Assembly: GCA_035556755.1 (NCBI GenBank) | Contig: DATMEP010000096.1 | Coordinates: 1,110 to 65,109, forward strand | Direction of reading: 5' to 3' | Length of the DNA stretch: 64,000 nt | From: Solirubrobacterales bacterium | GTDB taxonomy: Bacteria > Actinomycetota > Thermoleophilia > Solirubrobacterales > 70-9 | Translations under genes and position numbers: made by a program | Part shown: one piece after another, positions 63,040-64,000 of the stretch | Numbering within the stretch: the first letter of the stretch is position 1 | Layout of the letters: each line of letters starts with the position of its first letter | Notes under the pieces: generated by a model | Database searches by the model: none | The model's input: only the letters and a program-made list of their open reading frames with translations | Told to the model about the DNA's origin: nothing

Positions 63040-64000
63040 TCAGCCCACGGGCTCGCGCTCGGGCGGCAGCTCGCCGCCGCGCTCGGTGCCGGCGATCAGC
63101 TCGTCGGGGGCTTTCTGCTTCGGGATGAAGCCGGACTTCATCCCGAAGTAGACGGCCTGCGGGTGGTGGGCGACGATCGCGACCGTCGACTGCTCGGGCA
63201 TCACTGCGTAGCCGTCGGAGAGGGTCATGCCGATCTCTTCGAGGTCGAGGAGGCGCCAGACTTTTTCGTGCTCGGACTGGTCGGGACAGGCGGGGTAGCC
63301 CCATGAGTAGCGGCGGCCCTGGTCGAGCTCGATGCCGAGCGCGCGGCGGGCGTCGGAGTGCAGCCACTCGGCCAGGCCCTCGGCCGCCTGCACGCCGAGT
63401 CCGTGGACGAAGAGCTGTTCGGCGAACTCGCCTTCGCGCTCCAGGCGCTCGATCAGCTCGGTCACCTCGGGGCCGACGGTGACGCCCTGCAGGGCAACCA
63501 CGTCGCGTTCGCCCGAGTCGAGCGGACGGAAGAAGTCGGCGAGGCAGATGCGGTCGTGCTTGGGCTGGCGCGGAAAGACGAGCCGCTCCAGCTCGCGCTC
63601 GGGATCCTCGGGGTCGAAAACGATGAGCTCGTTGCCCTCCGCGTTGCAGGGGAAGTAACCGAGTCGCGCCCGCGGATTGAGGTAGTCCTGCTCGCGCCAC
63701 ATCCGCTCCAGCTTCGGCGCGAAGCCCTCGTCGGTGCCGTTGCCCTCGACCAGTTCGCGCCAGGCCTCGCCCTTGACGCCTTTGCCGCCCCAGTGCAGCT
63801 TGAAGAGGACGTGGCGGTCCAGATAAGGGAAGACGTCGTCGAGGTCGAGGTCGACCTCGCGCACGCCGAGGTACGGCGGCTCGGGGATCGGGTTGTCGGT
63901 GACGGCCGCGGAGCGCACGCTGGCGTCGGTGGTCGGCGGGCCGTCGTCGACCACGACCGGCTTCTCGCGCAGCTGCTTAGCCTCGCCGTGGATCCGTTCG
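63040..64000 (-). CDS. metH: Methionine synthase (cobalamin-dependent), C-terminal AdoMet-activation domain; 5' part lies outside the window
   Basis: The frame is open to the window edge. ..RRYSWGYPACPDQSEH.. and ..GMTLSDGYAVMPEQSTVAIVAHHPQAVYF are typical of the MetH reactivation domain. Confidence 0.8.
   Translation of the reverse strand, partial: ERIHGEAKQLREKPVVVDDGPPTTDASVRSAAVTDNPIPEPPYLGVREVDLDLDDVFPYLDRHVLFKLHWGGKGVKGEAWRELVEGNGTDEGFAPKLERMWREQDYLNPRARLGYFPCNAEGNELIVFDPEDPERELERLVFPRQPKHDRICLADFFRPLDSGERDVVALQGVTVGPEVTELIERLEREGEFAEQLFVHGLGVQAAEGLAEWLHSDARRALGIELDQGRRYSWGYPACPDQSEHEKVWRLLDLEEIGMTLSDGYAVMPEQSTVAIVAHHPQAVYFGMKSGFIPKQKAPDELIAGTERGGELPPEREPVG

Overview
The window is very G+C-rich, actinobacterial-style chromosome. 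That taxonomic call is inferred from gene content and codon style only. About 60 genes are recognisable, and several accessory insertions interrupt them.

(1) 1..3830 is the right-hand end of an accessory island. It holds an MNT/HEPN-type gene cut by a complete IS3-family element, a small membrane-protein gene and a Zn-ribbon ORF. It also holds a two-gene GHKL-ATPase + STAS-like (DUF4325-type) cassette flanked by a 16-nt direct repeat. The island ends at a 47-nt tRNA-Arg(ACG) 3' fragment.

(2) 4.4..21.6 kb is mixed housekeeping and accessory genes: a holin-like/alkaline-phosphatase fusion, MBL hydrolases, a frameshifted AI-2E permease, an ArsR-like regulator, an MFS pump, an aldo-keto reductase, a Baeyer-Villiger-type monooxygenase, LtrA, GNAT, a PQQ-type propeller and others.

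(3) 21.6..41.5 kb is a dispersed pentose-phosphate/respiration supercluster: recQ-zwf, gnd-pgl, rpiA, tkt-tal-pgi and cydAB. It is interrupted by an XRE-HTH/nucleotidyltransferase pair and by an FHA / secreted-protein / Ser-Thr kinase module.

(4) 41.5..49.7 kb holds a HAD hydrolase, a second XRE/NTase pair, an excalibur protein, a desaturase, a CFA-synthase-like methyltransferase, a large polytopic membrane protein, an MBL hydrolase and a USP.

(5) The most unusual part is two visibly A+T-richer patches, 49.7..51.0 kb and 53.07..63.03 kb. The second lies exactly between tRNA-Ser(GGA) and metH. Together they encode:
- a four-member family of ~190-aa signal-peptide proteins with four conserved cysteines;
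- a tandem winged-helix regulator;
- a translationally coupled pair of a 775-aa seven-repeat secreted protein and a 1304-aa giant with Ig-like repeats, both ending in Cys + poly-basic tails.

I cannot assign these to any named secretion, anchoring or enzymatic family.

Two non-coding signals also stand out. One is a perfect 15-N7-15 palindromic repeat present three times at gene 3' ends, one copy of which extends the pgi ORF. The other is an A+T-rich hairpin / 21-codon mini-ORF exactly bridging cydA and cydB.

All calls rest on reading the translations and the DNA by eye. No database search was possible.
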